A stretch of 61,916 bases of DNA, filler included, from Globobulimina sp. (Eukaryota): the NCBI GenBank assembly GCA_003354225.1. It is 21 parts of 21 records of this genome, joined end to end, with 100 filler letters (N's around TTAATTAATTAA, not from the genome) between each part and the next. Parts side by side here need not be neighbours in the genome. Positions count along the whole stretch, not along the records: positions 23,641 to 26,494 come from PIVH01004615.1; positions 26,595 to 29,448 come from PIVH01004616.1; positions 29,549 to 32,401 come from PIVH01004617.1; positions 32,502 to 35,354 come from PIVH01004618.1; 17 more parts are not named here. One strand, 5' to 3'. Position numbers and translations under genes: made by a program. Numbering within the stretch: position 1 is the first letter of the stretch; each line of letters opens with the position of its first letter. Below the pieces are notes generated by a model, which saw only the letters and a program-made list of their open reading frames with translations, had not been told where the DNA came from and did not search any database. Below are positions 24,009-35,454 of the stretch, in pieces.

Positions 24009-25190
24009 CTATAATTTGGATATTGGCCGAAAATTTCTTTTTTCTCTACCAAAAGAACCATATACATGATCAATGACTGGTTTATTTTGCAAAATTTCAT
24101 CAATTTCTGCCATAACATCATCAGTCAATTTTGGTACAATATTAATACACTCAAATACTGATAATTGATTCGCTGTTTTTGCTCCCAATATAATAACAGT
24201 CACATTATCATTCTTTAATATCCACGCTAACGCTAAATTGGTCAATGTGGAATTTAATTTATTCTCAGCAAAATCTTTCAACTTTCTTACTTTATCATGT
24301 TTCTCTTTCGGTATTTTATCGTACCATACATTTAAAACATCACTGTTACTCCTTCTCGAATTTGATGGTATTCCATTGAGATATTTTCCAGTTAAAATAC
24401 CCGCATCTAATCCACCCCAAATTGTTGTGGCAATATTATACCGATTATTAAATATTGGTAAGTACATTCTTTCCAAATATCCCCTTTGCAACATATTATA
24501 ATGCGGTTGTTCAACAACGGGTGCTATTAAATTATGAAGCTTTGCAATCCAATATGCCTCAATTATTGCTTCAATCGGCCACATTGATGTTCCTTTTGAA
24601 GTTAATATTTATTATCATACAAAGTATCAAAAACGTTTTTGACAAGAAAACAGCACACAATGTATACAAAATAATATATATACAGTACCCCAATAAAAAG
24701 CATATCCATTATTTATTATTTGTGTAAATCCACGAACGATTTCTAACATTGGTGTGATTGGATCATATCTATGGGCATAGACAATGTCAAAATATTGTAA
24801 TTGCGTTCGTTTTAATGAAGCTTTAATTCCTTCCATTAAATGTTTAAAGGATAAACCAACTTCGTTTTCACCGCCATTACCTTCAAAGATCCATAATTGA
24901 TTTGGATCGCCAGTAACGCCCCAAAATAATTTCGTTGTTATTACTAAATCGCTTCTTCTCCATTTTATTGGATTGTGTTTTTGTAATATTTTTAGTGCAG
25001 CACCGAATAACGTTTCACAACTTCCTCTGGGTTTATCGCCATATAATTCAGCTCCATCAAAAAAATTACATCCATATTTCCGACAGGTCTTCAATAAATC
25101 TATTGTTTGGTCTAAATTTCTCAACGTCATCATACCAAAACCAAGGCGTGATACTTTTAAACCGGTGTTGCCCAACCTACGATATTCCAT
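24009..25190 (-). CDS. Aldo-keto reductase, Kv-beta (KCNAB)-like
   Basis: MEYRRLGNTGLKVSRLG, FFDGAELY, RRSDLVITTKLFWG, SLKRTQLQYFDIVYAHRYD. An intron at 24593-24688 restores FYWG-TSMW. Confidence 0.93.
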
Positions 25191-26004
25191 GTTTCACACA
25201 AAATATATTTTAGAGTAATTTTATATGATCTTGAATGTCTCAACAAAAAAACCTCAGTTCAAAGCAGCTCATGCATACCGCGGATTATGTACGTACCGCG
25301 GATTATGAATCACATTTTTATACCAAGGTTCTCCATATTTAGTCTGCAATTCAACACATGCATAGTAATCAGAACATGTGTAAAGGGTTTCATAAATTTC
25401 TATTTTCCCGAATATGTATCATATTTAGATTGATTGGTACATTCAAGGGAGACTTGTCCAAATAATTTTGGTCCTGGACCTTCTCCTTCGTATTAAACCA
25501 ATGCATATATCGGATTCTAAATGGAAATCACTTTATTTCAGCAACGCATAATATTGGGATCCTTTTGACCATAAAATAAGAATGTCCAGATACCATTGCA
25601 TCCCTTTACATTAACTTTGGTGTCACGACTGTTGAGAGGCTGATTGTGACATGATTTGTTACTTGATTTGAGCTTTTTGGAGTTTTGTGCTTGAAAAAAA
25701 CAAACATTTACACATTCTGTCATCAATCATGACCATGTCTACAAGGTATCAGGTATGTCGTGTATTTTTAATTTAATACCATTCAATAAACACGAGAGAA
25801 ATTATCATAGGGCTTTTTGGACGTTATTGGAAATACAAATATTAATAATAGGGCTCTCCGATATGTACTGCAAATTTCCCGCTGTCTGAAAAGTTTTTTC
25901 CTTTTTCATGATCATATCGAACACCTCGGCAATCGCTTTGCCTGCACCAGCTTATTAGTCATCATTGTATTTGGTGGAGACACGTTGATATGCAGCAAAA
26001 TAAG

Positions 26005-26092
26005 TGTCGCATCCATATTATTATCGCTTAGCTCAAGAAGAGCCCTGGATGGATGGATCCAGAAGATTCAGGTTCAAATCCTGATGCGACGG
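26005..26092 (+). pseudogene. Degenerate tRNA-like sequence (tRNA pseudogene or tRNA-derived SINE head)
   Basis: D-arm TAGCTC-AAGAA-GAGC, anticodon stem CTGGA/TCCAG with an aberrant 8-nt loop, perfect T-arm TCAGG-TTCAAAT-CCTGA. The 3' acceptor TGCGACG pairs with upstream TGTCGCA. Confidence 0.6.
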
Positions 26093-26609
26093 CACACAAA
26101 CACACAACGAAAAGAATGAATAAATGGAAAAATGTATTTGGTGATATTAAATATCAAATACAAACAAAAGAAAAATATTAATTAATATGCTGATGATGCT
26201 TAAACAATTACATGAATTGGATTGGATTGAATTGGAGGTTGGGATATGTAAATGGTTGAGCAATTTGAGAAAAAAAAGGAAAAAATGATGGAGAAGTTTC
26301 AAAAAAAAGAAATTGAAGGTGGTAAAACATCAGAATAAAATGAAACTTTTGCATAATGGCATCATTATTTATTTTTGTTTGTTTTTATGTATATGTTTTA
26401 GTTTTGCGTTTATGCGATTAACGTTGCAAGGATAGTGAGTAACATCTGACTGTTAACTGTCAGAGCAATAACAAAATTAAAACACATAAAAAAANNNNNN
26501 NNNNNNNNNNNNNNNNNNNNNNNNNNNNNNNNNNNNNNTTAATTAATTAANNNNNNNNNNNNNNNNNNNNNNNNNNNNNNNNNNNNNNNNNNNNTTGCAA
26601 CTTTAAAGC

Positions 26610-28518
26610 ATGGCAATGTCAACTTCAATTCTGATAAATATAATAATTACGAGCCTCTGTTGCATCATTATTATGGCATTATTAATATCATTAATCCAGA
26701 TACGCATTAAAAGCAATACAACCACATACCAAATCCAATATTATTCAAACTTGCAAAATATGAGTTGCATTTGTATTACATTATACTTATTCGGTTGTTT
26801 GTTTTCCGTAACATTCAACATCTTACATTTTGAATGCAATATTTTATCGCATCTATGTGTCGGCGGATGTTTCCTCTTCGCACAAACTTTATTTTTATCA
26901 ATATTTGTGTCACGAATACAATATAAACATCGTAATTGGATTAAAAAAGATAAGCACAAATTATTTATATTTTATGTGTTGGAATTTGGCATATTATTAT
27001 TATTATTCGTGTCGATATTTATATTTCTAATTGTTTTAACTATGAACGATACATCGCACTTATTCACATTAGTAATATCTCTCTGTTTATTCACATTTTT
27101 ATCCATATTCCTCATCATATCCATTTTGTGCATATACCTATATATAAAAGAGATATTTTCTGTGATTTATGCTAGAATTATTGGTGACGCATCATTCGAA
27201 TTATTATCACCAAATTTCTTAGTTGGACCGCTTGAAAATAATGACATGAGGCGGCGAATTATGACGCATATGATTCAATTTTTAATTTTGTTGTGTTTTT
27301 GCTTGCTTACAAGCAATATGATCCATTTTGAAATATTATTCTCTTATTTTTTTGCCAGAATCGAGCGAGATATCATTTTTATTATTTTAGCAATAGAATC
27401 GTTGATAAATTGCATGTGCATATTTATGATATTACCGTCAAATAAAAATAACAAAATGTATCGGAGACTGTGTAATAAATTGCATATTTTATGCGAAATG
27501 TGTTGCAGCCATTTGTTTGGGAATAAATTTCAAATAAATAATGATTTAAGATATGACATAATGGAAAATAATAATATTCAATATTTGCAATTAAAATTAA
27601 CAAAACAAGAGTTTCGTACTAAATATTTAATGAATGATAAGAATATCAATAAATATGGATCATTTGGCAAAGTATATAAAATAAAAAGAATTGAAGATTC
27701 TGCATTTTTTGCAGTGAAAAAAATCGCGAAATCAGGAAAATCGACGGAGGAAATTGCCGTTTTTTATCATGAAATTGAAATTTTATCATCAATATCACAT
27801 GAAAATATTCTCCAAATTCTTAATTGGTGCGAAACTACAAAGAGAATATACATTATTTTGCAGTTTATTTGTGGCAAAAATCTGTATGAAATACTAATAG
27901 GTACAGTAATTTATATATATATTTTTTTCATATTTCCACAATATTTTCCAGCTGAAAACTGCCATTGTTATATTGTGAAAATATGAAAAAAGAACGCATT
28001 TGAAGACAATAAGAAGTTGAATGAGAGTGTCTGTGCAAATATAATCAAACAAATTGCGTCAGGACTAAAATATATTCATTTGCGCGGAATAGTTCATCGA
28101 GACATTAAATTGCATAATATTATGATGGTGACATTAAATTGACTTTGGCTTCGCCGCATTTTGTGACAATACTTTATCGCAAAGGTGTGGTACACCGCAA
28201 TATGTGGCACCCGAAGTGATTGTAGATGCTCCTTCTTATGGCTATAAAGTGGACATTTGGTCGTTGGGTGTTTTAACGTATGCGTTGTTATGTGGTTTCT
28301 TACCATTCCAACACGACAAATACAACGATTTACATAGTTTATACAAATCGATTAGAAGTGGCAAATTTGTATATCTCGAACCATTTTGGGATAAGATTTC
28401 AAATCAAGCAAAAGATTTAATTAATCATTTACTTGTTGTACAAGCAAAGAAAAGATTCAATGCCAATGATATATTAAATCATGAGTGGATTATCCAATAT
28501 TCTTCTTGTTCTAATTAA
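26610..28518 (+). CDS. 7TM-like membrane domain fused to a CAMK-type Ser/Thr kinase, frameshifted between HRD and DFG
   Basis: One continuous ORF runs from 6-7 TM helices into GSFGKVY..FAVKKI..EIEIL. Intron at about 27901-28005, then [38 protein letters not shown] lies in a shifted frame. Confidence 0.8.
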
Positions 28519-28722
28519 GAGTTTGCGGTGACTCTCTCACCCAATTTCTGCTTTGAATCTGCGGTGCCCAGGGTTGGAAGTGTCAGGAAAAGCTCAACTA
28601 AATGCAAGTACTGTTCATTGTCAATGAGCTGATACAACGCTTTGATGGCAATCAGAATAAGAATGATGCCGTAGATCAAAAAGGCGATGATATCCAGATT
28701 GAGATTGATTCGGTGATATTAA

Positions 28723-29220
28723 ATGACACTGAAGGATAAAAAGGTGGCATACCACTTATTGTTTAGATATTTAAGAGACGGTGGAACAGGAAAAGCATTC
28801 CATAGTTTTTGCGACGACAAAGGGCCAACATTCACGATCTTAAAATCGAAAAAATATAACCATGTCTTTGGAGGCTATACCTCGTTGTCATGGAAATCGA
28901 ATGGTTCGTGGAAAATGGATGAATCTGCATTCTTATTTTTGTTGAGATCGTCGTTTGGGCACAAACCACAAATGTTTAAAATTAAAGGAAAGGGAGAATA
29001 CGCAGTGTATCATGGTCCGACTACTGGTCCAATGTTTGGATGCTATGCGATATTTATTAAGGATGGAAATAATAACTGTTGTTCTGTGATAAATGAAGGT
29101 GTGATTGGTGGGATAAAAGGCAATGCATTCTGTGGAGGAGATCAATACAATGACAAACAGGGCGATTATTACTTTTCCGTTGATAATTATGAAGTGTTTG
29201 GGGTGGAAATTTCTACGTAG
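28723..29220 (+). CDS. TLDc domain protein (C-terminal part)
   Basis: LLFRYLRDG...FHSFCDDKGPT...VFGGYT...D..AFLF...YEVF. Confidence 0.88.
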   Translation: MTLKDKKVAYHLLFRYLRDGGTGKAFHSFCDDKGPTFTILKSKKYNHVFGGYTSLSWKSNGSWKMDESAFLFLLRSSFGHKPQMFKIKGKGEYAVYHGPTTGPMFGCYAIFIKDGNNNCCSVINEGVIGGIKGNAFCGGDQYNDKQGDYYFSVDNYEVFGVEIST

Positions 29221-29641
29221 CAAAATGCTGCAAATCCTTTGATCGATGATGCGATTGTAATTTGATATCGTCTTGCAATTTCTTCCGAGGTGGATGAGTC
29301 TGTGGTGCCCATGGTTGACAGCATGCTTTTTGCGTTTAAATTTCCAACAAACATTTTTGCATACATTGCTTACATTGCTTGCATACCAGCACAGTACCAA
29401 CAGAAATGCGAAAATATGACACGCCAAAGAAAAACAAGTGAATAAAAANNNNNNNNNNNNNNNNNNNNNNNNNNNNNNNNNNNNNNNNNNNNTTAATTAA
29501 TTAANNNNNNNNNNNNNNNNNNNNNNNNNNNNNNNNNNNNNNNNNNNNACCCAACACAGTTTATCATCATTATTAAAGCAGTGGTCACGAAATGGTGGAA
29601 TACATAATTTTGATTATTTATGGTGTCAAACCGCTGATGAA

Positions 29642-30181
29642 TTGGTGATACGCTTTTTAATTCCAGTCACAGCCCGTTCTAAACATGTCAAAATTGGGTT
29701 TAATGCAAACAAAAAACATTTTTCATGCAATATTACAACAAATGGAAATGAGTGGCTTTTAAATAAAACGTTTTCGAGGAAATTAAAGGAATCAACAGAG
29801 GAAGAAGCCAAATTGGACTGGGAACTATGTAATGTTCAAATATTTAATTTTGAGAAAAACACATTGCAAGAAACAATGAAAGAAATTTTGTGTGTGGAAG
29901 AAGAAAAAAATAACAATGCATTTATTGAATATGCAAATCGTTTGTCAAATTGTAGATTTTTAAAAATATCATTGGAAAAAGAGAGGATAAATAACCGAGT
30001 TATTGAATGGTGGGATAATGTATTTGTAGGTGATACAAAAATTGATTTAAAACAACGCATTGAAGACAGAAAAACGGATGCAAATAAAATGAACGATATT
30101 TGGAAAAAAGCACACCAACAATTTAAAGAAAAGGTTGCTAATATTCAACCACAAGAAATTTATGTGCCAGATGATGATTAA
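29642..30181 (+). CDS. Hypothetical protein fragment
   Basis: 179-aa ORF with protein-like composition and no recognised domain. Confidence 0.4.
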   Translation: MVIRFLIPVTARSKHVKIGFNANKKHFSCNITTNGNEWLLNKTFSRKLKESTEEEAKLDWELCNVQIFNFEKNTLQETMKEILCVEEEKNNNAFIEYANRLSNCRFLKISLEKERINNRVIEWWDNVFVGDTKIDLKQRIEDRKTDANKMNDIWKKAHQQFKEKVANIQPQEIYVPDDD

Positions 30182-30235
30182 TTCAATTTACTTGCTGCAA
30201 AAAACTTTGTTTTCCCAACCTCTTTGTTTGGTTAA

Positions 30236-30883
30236 TTGACACTTGTCACAGTATATTACACAATGCATCACTTTGCAACAAATCCGCCATTATCAATCAG
30301 TTGCAGACACGATCCAGATTTTCATATCATGGAAATCTGTGAATTCTGCAATAATAACATATGTAGTTCGTGCCGTATAGTGTATAGAGACAACAATAAT
30401 AATAATAATAATGCACATGCGATCGAAAAATATCAATGTAAACCATGTACGGTCGAACAAGAATATGAAAGTATGTCAGCAGCCATATTGATGGCATTAC
30501 GTTCAGCCAAATCAATATGTCATAACATGAAAACATTTGACATAAATGTAATAAATATTATGGCGTCATACGCAGTCGGATATGTTTTCAAATGTTGTAA
30601 TCTCAAACAACAATGTTGTAATGGGATTAGTATTTCAAATCGATTTGATTTGGAGCATAGTGCATTGGCCGTCGATAGTGATAACAATAAAATATTAAGC
30701 ATTCCGTGTGAGAGTGGTAATAAATGTACATGCGATTATGTGCTACTTTATGGGCAAAGACGAAAGATATTTTGTAAAGATTGCAACGGTATAAATACAT
30801 CTAAAAATAGCACACCATTCATGATGATGATGAGAACCAAACGTTTTAAGAAAAACTATTTTGGACAATATGAAATGAAATGA
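30236..30883 (+). CDS. Cys-rich hypothetical protein (B-box-like CxxC clusters)
   Basis: CRHD...CEFCNNNICSSC...CKPC and FCKDC motifs. Confidence 0.45.
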   Translation: MTLVTVYYTMHHFATNPPLSISCRHDPDFHIMEICEFCNNNICSSCRIVYRDNNNNNNNAHAIEKYQCKPCTVEQEYESMSAAILMALRSAKSICHNMKTFDINVINIMASYAVGYVFKCCNLKQQCCNGISISNRFDLEHSALAVDSDNNKILSIPCESGNKCTCDYVLLYGQRRKIFCKDCNGINTSKNSTPFMMMMRTKRFKKNYFGQYEMK

Positions 30884-31602
30884 TTGTAATCATATATAGC
30901 AATAATTAAAATAAATCAAAATATAATTGTTAATATTAATAACTCCATATAGGATATTAAGATTTTACTAATTTTACTTTGATCGATATCTCGATATATA
31001 CCATCAAGTAAAATTATATTAGCCGTAAATCATGAAATTAACATTCGTGGGTTACACAAAAGTTTATCTTATATATTTTTTCTTTTCTTTTCTTTTCTAG
31101 CTTTTCTTTTTTGTGTCGCAAATAAAACTACAAATCGTTTTCAATGTACTTTATATATAAGCGTACGTTTGGAATCCATATGTTTTGTTTTTTTATTGTT
31201 GTTGTTGTTGACGTGTCGTTGACTTTTACTGCTTTTCAAATATTTGTTTTGGTTGAAAAGCAGTTCTTTATATACTATATAGATATTAATTATTGTGTTG
31301 TAATCAAAATTACTCAATGATACTGATACAAACAACAACCATTTCTTTATTCGAATGAAATAATAATAATAAAAAGTAATTTCTGTTTTTGTCGATTGTT
31401 TTAGTTTTTTCCCCCTCAATTCGTTTAATAATTATTAATTTGTGTATCGTTTATATCCAAATTCTCTGATTTAAACGATGAGTTCCGAGAGAGAGATAAT
31501 GTCGGAGTTAGGATTTCGACTTCATTTCATCCGATAATGTCTGATTTTCATAAAAACTTTGCTATTTTTTTGCCAAAGCCACACGGCATGCAATGACGCC
31601 AA

Positions 31603-32180
31603 ATGAGTTCTTTCTTCGATGAAGAAAACGAGGACTCCATTCCCTTACTAAATTTTAAAAACAACCATAATAATTCCATGGACGAGAAACAAAACAATGA
31701 CGAGGATGCATATGGCACATTCACCAGCGGCTTCCCGCAATTAAACACCTCCATTCAGAGAGTGCCTGTGGTCAAACACCAAATCCCCGTGAAACACTTG
31801 ACTCCCATTCGAACAGACAAGGTGACCGGCAATAGATACAGACGGCTACGCTCCAGCATACCAGACGACGAAGGCAACATCCTTCCAGGCTTGAACTATG
31901 AGAAAGAAGTGTACCCAGCAATGGTATGCCTCCGTCCACTATGCATATTATCCTCGCACAAACCACCAACACCTAACCACACGCAGACTATGTACCAATT
32001 TCGCAACGAATCACTGGCAAATCTATTCCTGGACCGCCAGTCGCTGCGCTCGCAGCTCGCCAAAAGCAACAACTCCGCCGCACTGAAACCAACAACACGT
32101 ACCGGTCGATTCAGTAAAAAAGACGTCTCCGACGAAGCCTTGCATGGTTATGAATGGCTGGGAAAGTCCAAACCCATCAC
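31603..32180 (+). CDS. 5' part of a eukaryotic gene of unknown function
   Basis: ATG at 31603. An in-frame GTATGC...CAG 63-nt intron candidate lies at 31924-31986. Ends at a junction with bacterial-like sequence. Confidence 0.5.
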
Positions 32181-32401
32181 CTCGCATTTGCGCAAAGCAG
32201 CGGCCAACGGCTTTGGCATGACGGTGCATGCGATTGGCGACAGCGCCAACCACGAAACGATCAGCGCATACCGCCAGTTACGCGCCTACGAGGCCGAACA
32301 TAACCTGCCCGCCAAACGCCACCGTTTGGAGCATGCCCAGATTTTGCACCCCGATGACTTTTCGGCCTTTGGTGAATTGGACATCATTGCCTCGGTGCAG
32401 C
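32181..32401 (+). CDS. Bacterial amidohydrolase (Amidohydro_3/YtcJ-like) internal fragment
   Basis: Motifs VHAIGDSAN and RHRLEHAQILHPDD...IIASVQ. Noticeably higher GC than the host genes. Confidence 0.85.
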
Positions 32402-32501
32402 NNNNNNNNNNNNNNNNNNNNNNNNNNNNNNNNNNNNNNNNNNNNTTAATTAATTAANNNNNNNNNNNNNNNNNNNNNNNNNNNNNNNNNNNNNNNNNNN
32501 N

Positions 32502-32620
32502 GTTTCTTTTTGGCGAATTAAGGATTTGTATTGACGGTAAAAATAGCAATCCATAGTTTGTAAGTCATCCAAATGATTACCAAATATCGCCGTAAATATC
32601 GCATAAAATGACACAAAATC
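32502..32620. repeat. 119-bp exact terminal direct repeat (copy at 35236-35354), indicating a circular contig
   Basis: The first and last 119 nt of contig 32502-35354 are identical. Confidence 0.95.
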
Positions 32621-33208
32621 ACAATATGCAAAAATGTCAAACTTGCCGTTGTGATTTAGGATGGCCTCATCGATATAATTTGGGAAGAAATCCGTTTCAA
32701 ATAAATGCTTAATGCTTAGATAAGTGAATGATGATCGCGAAATTACGCCAAATGTCGAAAACAAAAATTTTCGTTGATGTAACCATTTATGCCGCCCGTT
32801 AATCATTAGAAAGGAGGACAATTGAAACTTATTTGCATTCAAATGCCGCATTAAGCCGATTTCATTCGATTTCAATATTTTCTTTGCGGTCTTATTATCA
32901 TTCACAAAAATAACATTCTGTAATCCAATAGGAACTGTGCTTAATGGTAATTGGCCATCGTTGCACACAATGTATGAAGCAAATTTGTGTGGATCTCTAC
33001 CATATAATGGCATACAGCCTAATATTGGAAAACCAAAAGAAACACAAGGAGGATAACGATAATATTTGTAGTAACAAATGCAAAATACAGTTCGCAGTGT
33101 GTATAATCCAGAGAGGATAGCAATATTAGTCGCAAATGTGCGAATTGTTTGGTGTTTGTTGAACCACGTTCTGACTTTCTGAGATAAGGAGCGCAGAGAG
33201 TCAGACAT
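32502..33208 (-). CDS. Cytochrome P450, N-terminal part (continues across the circular junction at 35235 to about 34985)
   Basis: N-terminal anchor, YPP..FGFPILG hinge, and NGRHKWLHQRKF (WxxxR helix C). Confidence 0.78.
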
Positions 33209-33264
33209 TCAGAGTGTAACTAGCTTGCGTAGTGATTAGTGAAAATAAAACTATGTGTTTTTCC

Positions 33265-34960
33265 TTATTTGATATTATTTATAATATCGAGTAATGGTAT
33301 GTCAATACATGGCTGTTTATGGTTTCGTGCATAAATATCTTTGATTACAGCAGTCGCATTTGATAATACATTCTCTTTTGTATTAAATCTATTTGTTTTT
33401 ATTTTATCATATAAAACTTGAGCTAACTCCAAATTATTATACTTGCTACATCCATTCAAGAGTGCCATTAATATTTCATGATTGTGCTGTTTGTACTCGA
33501 ATTCCTCTTCATACTGCGTCAATAATTTATATCCATCATTTAATTTCCCATTTCTTGCCAAACAATCAATCATTACACAGTATGTTTTCTCAGTATACTT
33601 ATTTTCTAGTTTGCTTTGATTGAAAATATTAACCGCATCATCAATCAGTCCACAATGACTGCAAACATTTATAAGTACCATATATGTGACACAGTTGGGA
33701 AATAAATTGTATTTCTTTCTCATTTTATTAAATAATTTTAATGCCATATCACCTCTTCCATTCATCCCAAATGATTTAATGATTGATGTCCAAACAATAA
33801 TATCGTTATATTTTATATTTTCACTTATTTCTTCATTAAATATTTTCAACGCCATGTCTAAATCTCCACATTTCCCATACATGTCAATTATTTGGGTTTT
33901 AATTAATATATTTTCTCTCCAAATCTCAGGATGCATTCTTTTTAAATCATTTTCTACCATTTTACCAGTTGAATAAAAGCCAGCTTTGCAACAAACATTT
34001 AATGCAATTAAATAACAAACAACATTCATTTTTATATTTTTATTTTGCATATTTTTATATAAATCGATAACTTGTTCATAACATTGATTTTCTTTATAAA
34101 CACTCATCATCGCTCCATAAATTACTTCATTTTTATTCAGATCTGAAATACTTCCAAATATTTGTTTTGCTGCAGCAATATTTCCATTTTTACCAAATGC
34201 AGTAATCATTGATATAAACGTTCCATTATCAGCTGGAATATCCATATAATTATCAGCTTCCATATCTATATTACCAAATGCAGTAATCATTGATATAAAC
34301 GCTCCATTATCACCTGGAATATCCATATAATTTAATGAATAAAATATTTTTTTTGCTGATTCAATGTCTCCGCATTTGCCATAAGATGCAATCAATGCAT
34401 TTACTATTTTGATATCCATTTCATTCATTTTAATAATATTCGAATGAATGTCTTTCACCAAATTCAAATCATTTGTTACTCGTAATATTATATAATATGT
34501 GATCTTATTATTAATATTTATATCAACATTAATACTCTTCATCGTTTTATACAATTCAATGACTTTATGCTTATGACCATTCTCTTCAAATGCTGTTAAC
34601 ATCACATTGCAAGTTATAATATCTTTATCTTTATTATGAATACAATTAAATACATATTCCGCAGACGCAATATCTTTACATTTTGAATAAGCACAAATCA
34701 ATGCATTGTGAACATTAATATCTTTGATTTTATGTTTAACTATTTCTGAATGGATTTGTTTGATTATTTTGTGTGAATATGTATTTTTAAGTTTGTTGCA
34801 TGCAGTCAATGCAGTTAAGTATGTAATATTATTATTCTGTAAAATATTGGATTCATTTATCTCATTAAACAGATTCAATGCTTTTCTATGTTGATTATTT
34901 TCAATGTAACACTTCATCATAAATCCCCATGTTTTTATATTATTATTTGATGGTTTTTAT
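33265..34960 (-). CDS. Plant-like (PLS/E-type) pentatricopeptide repeat protein, 5'-truncated
   Basis: Repeats NALIxxYxKCGD, IIDMYGKCGDL, VWTSII..FGMNGRG..AL, CSHCGL, MIDCLARNGKL, and an E-like ALLNGCSKYNNLELA. No DYW domain. Confidence 0.9.
34190..34332. repeat. 62-bp internal duplication (2 mismatches) inside the PPR gene
   Basis: 34190-34251 versus 34271-34332, encoding YMDIPxDNGxFISMITAFG twice. Confidence 0.85.
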
Positions 34961-35454
34961 ATTATTATCAAAATAAACATACACAAATTTAATCTCTTTA
35001 TTCCATTCTGTGGTTTTGCCATAATTCGAGACGCGAACTATTTCATGTTTCGACAAATAATATTTCAAATGCTAAAAAGCAAAAATTAATATCAATCAAT
35101 GATCACTGTATTAATACAAAACAAACCTTTATCAGCTGCTGATGCACTTTTTTTATCCCAAACAATCTCTCAAATATAATCTGCGGAATTGTGATATTAA
35201 TAATTGTTTCATACGCCACGTATAACCAAAATGAAGTTTCTTTTTGGCGAATTAAGGATTTGTATTGACGGTAAAAATAGCAATCCATAGTTTGTAAGTC
35301 ATCCAAATGATTACCAAATATCGCCGTAAATATCGCATAAAATGACACAAAATCNNNNNNNNNNNNNNNNNNNNNNNNNNNNNNNNNNNNNNNNNNNNTT
35401 AATTAATTAANNNNNNNNNNNNNNNNNNNNNNNNNNNNNNNNNNNNNNNNNNNN

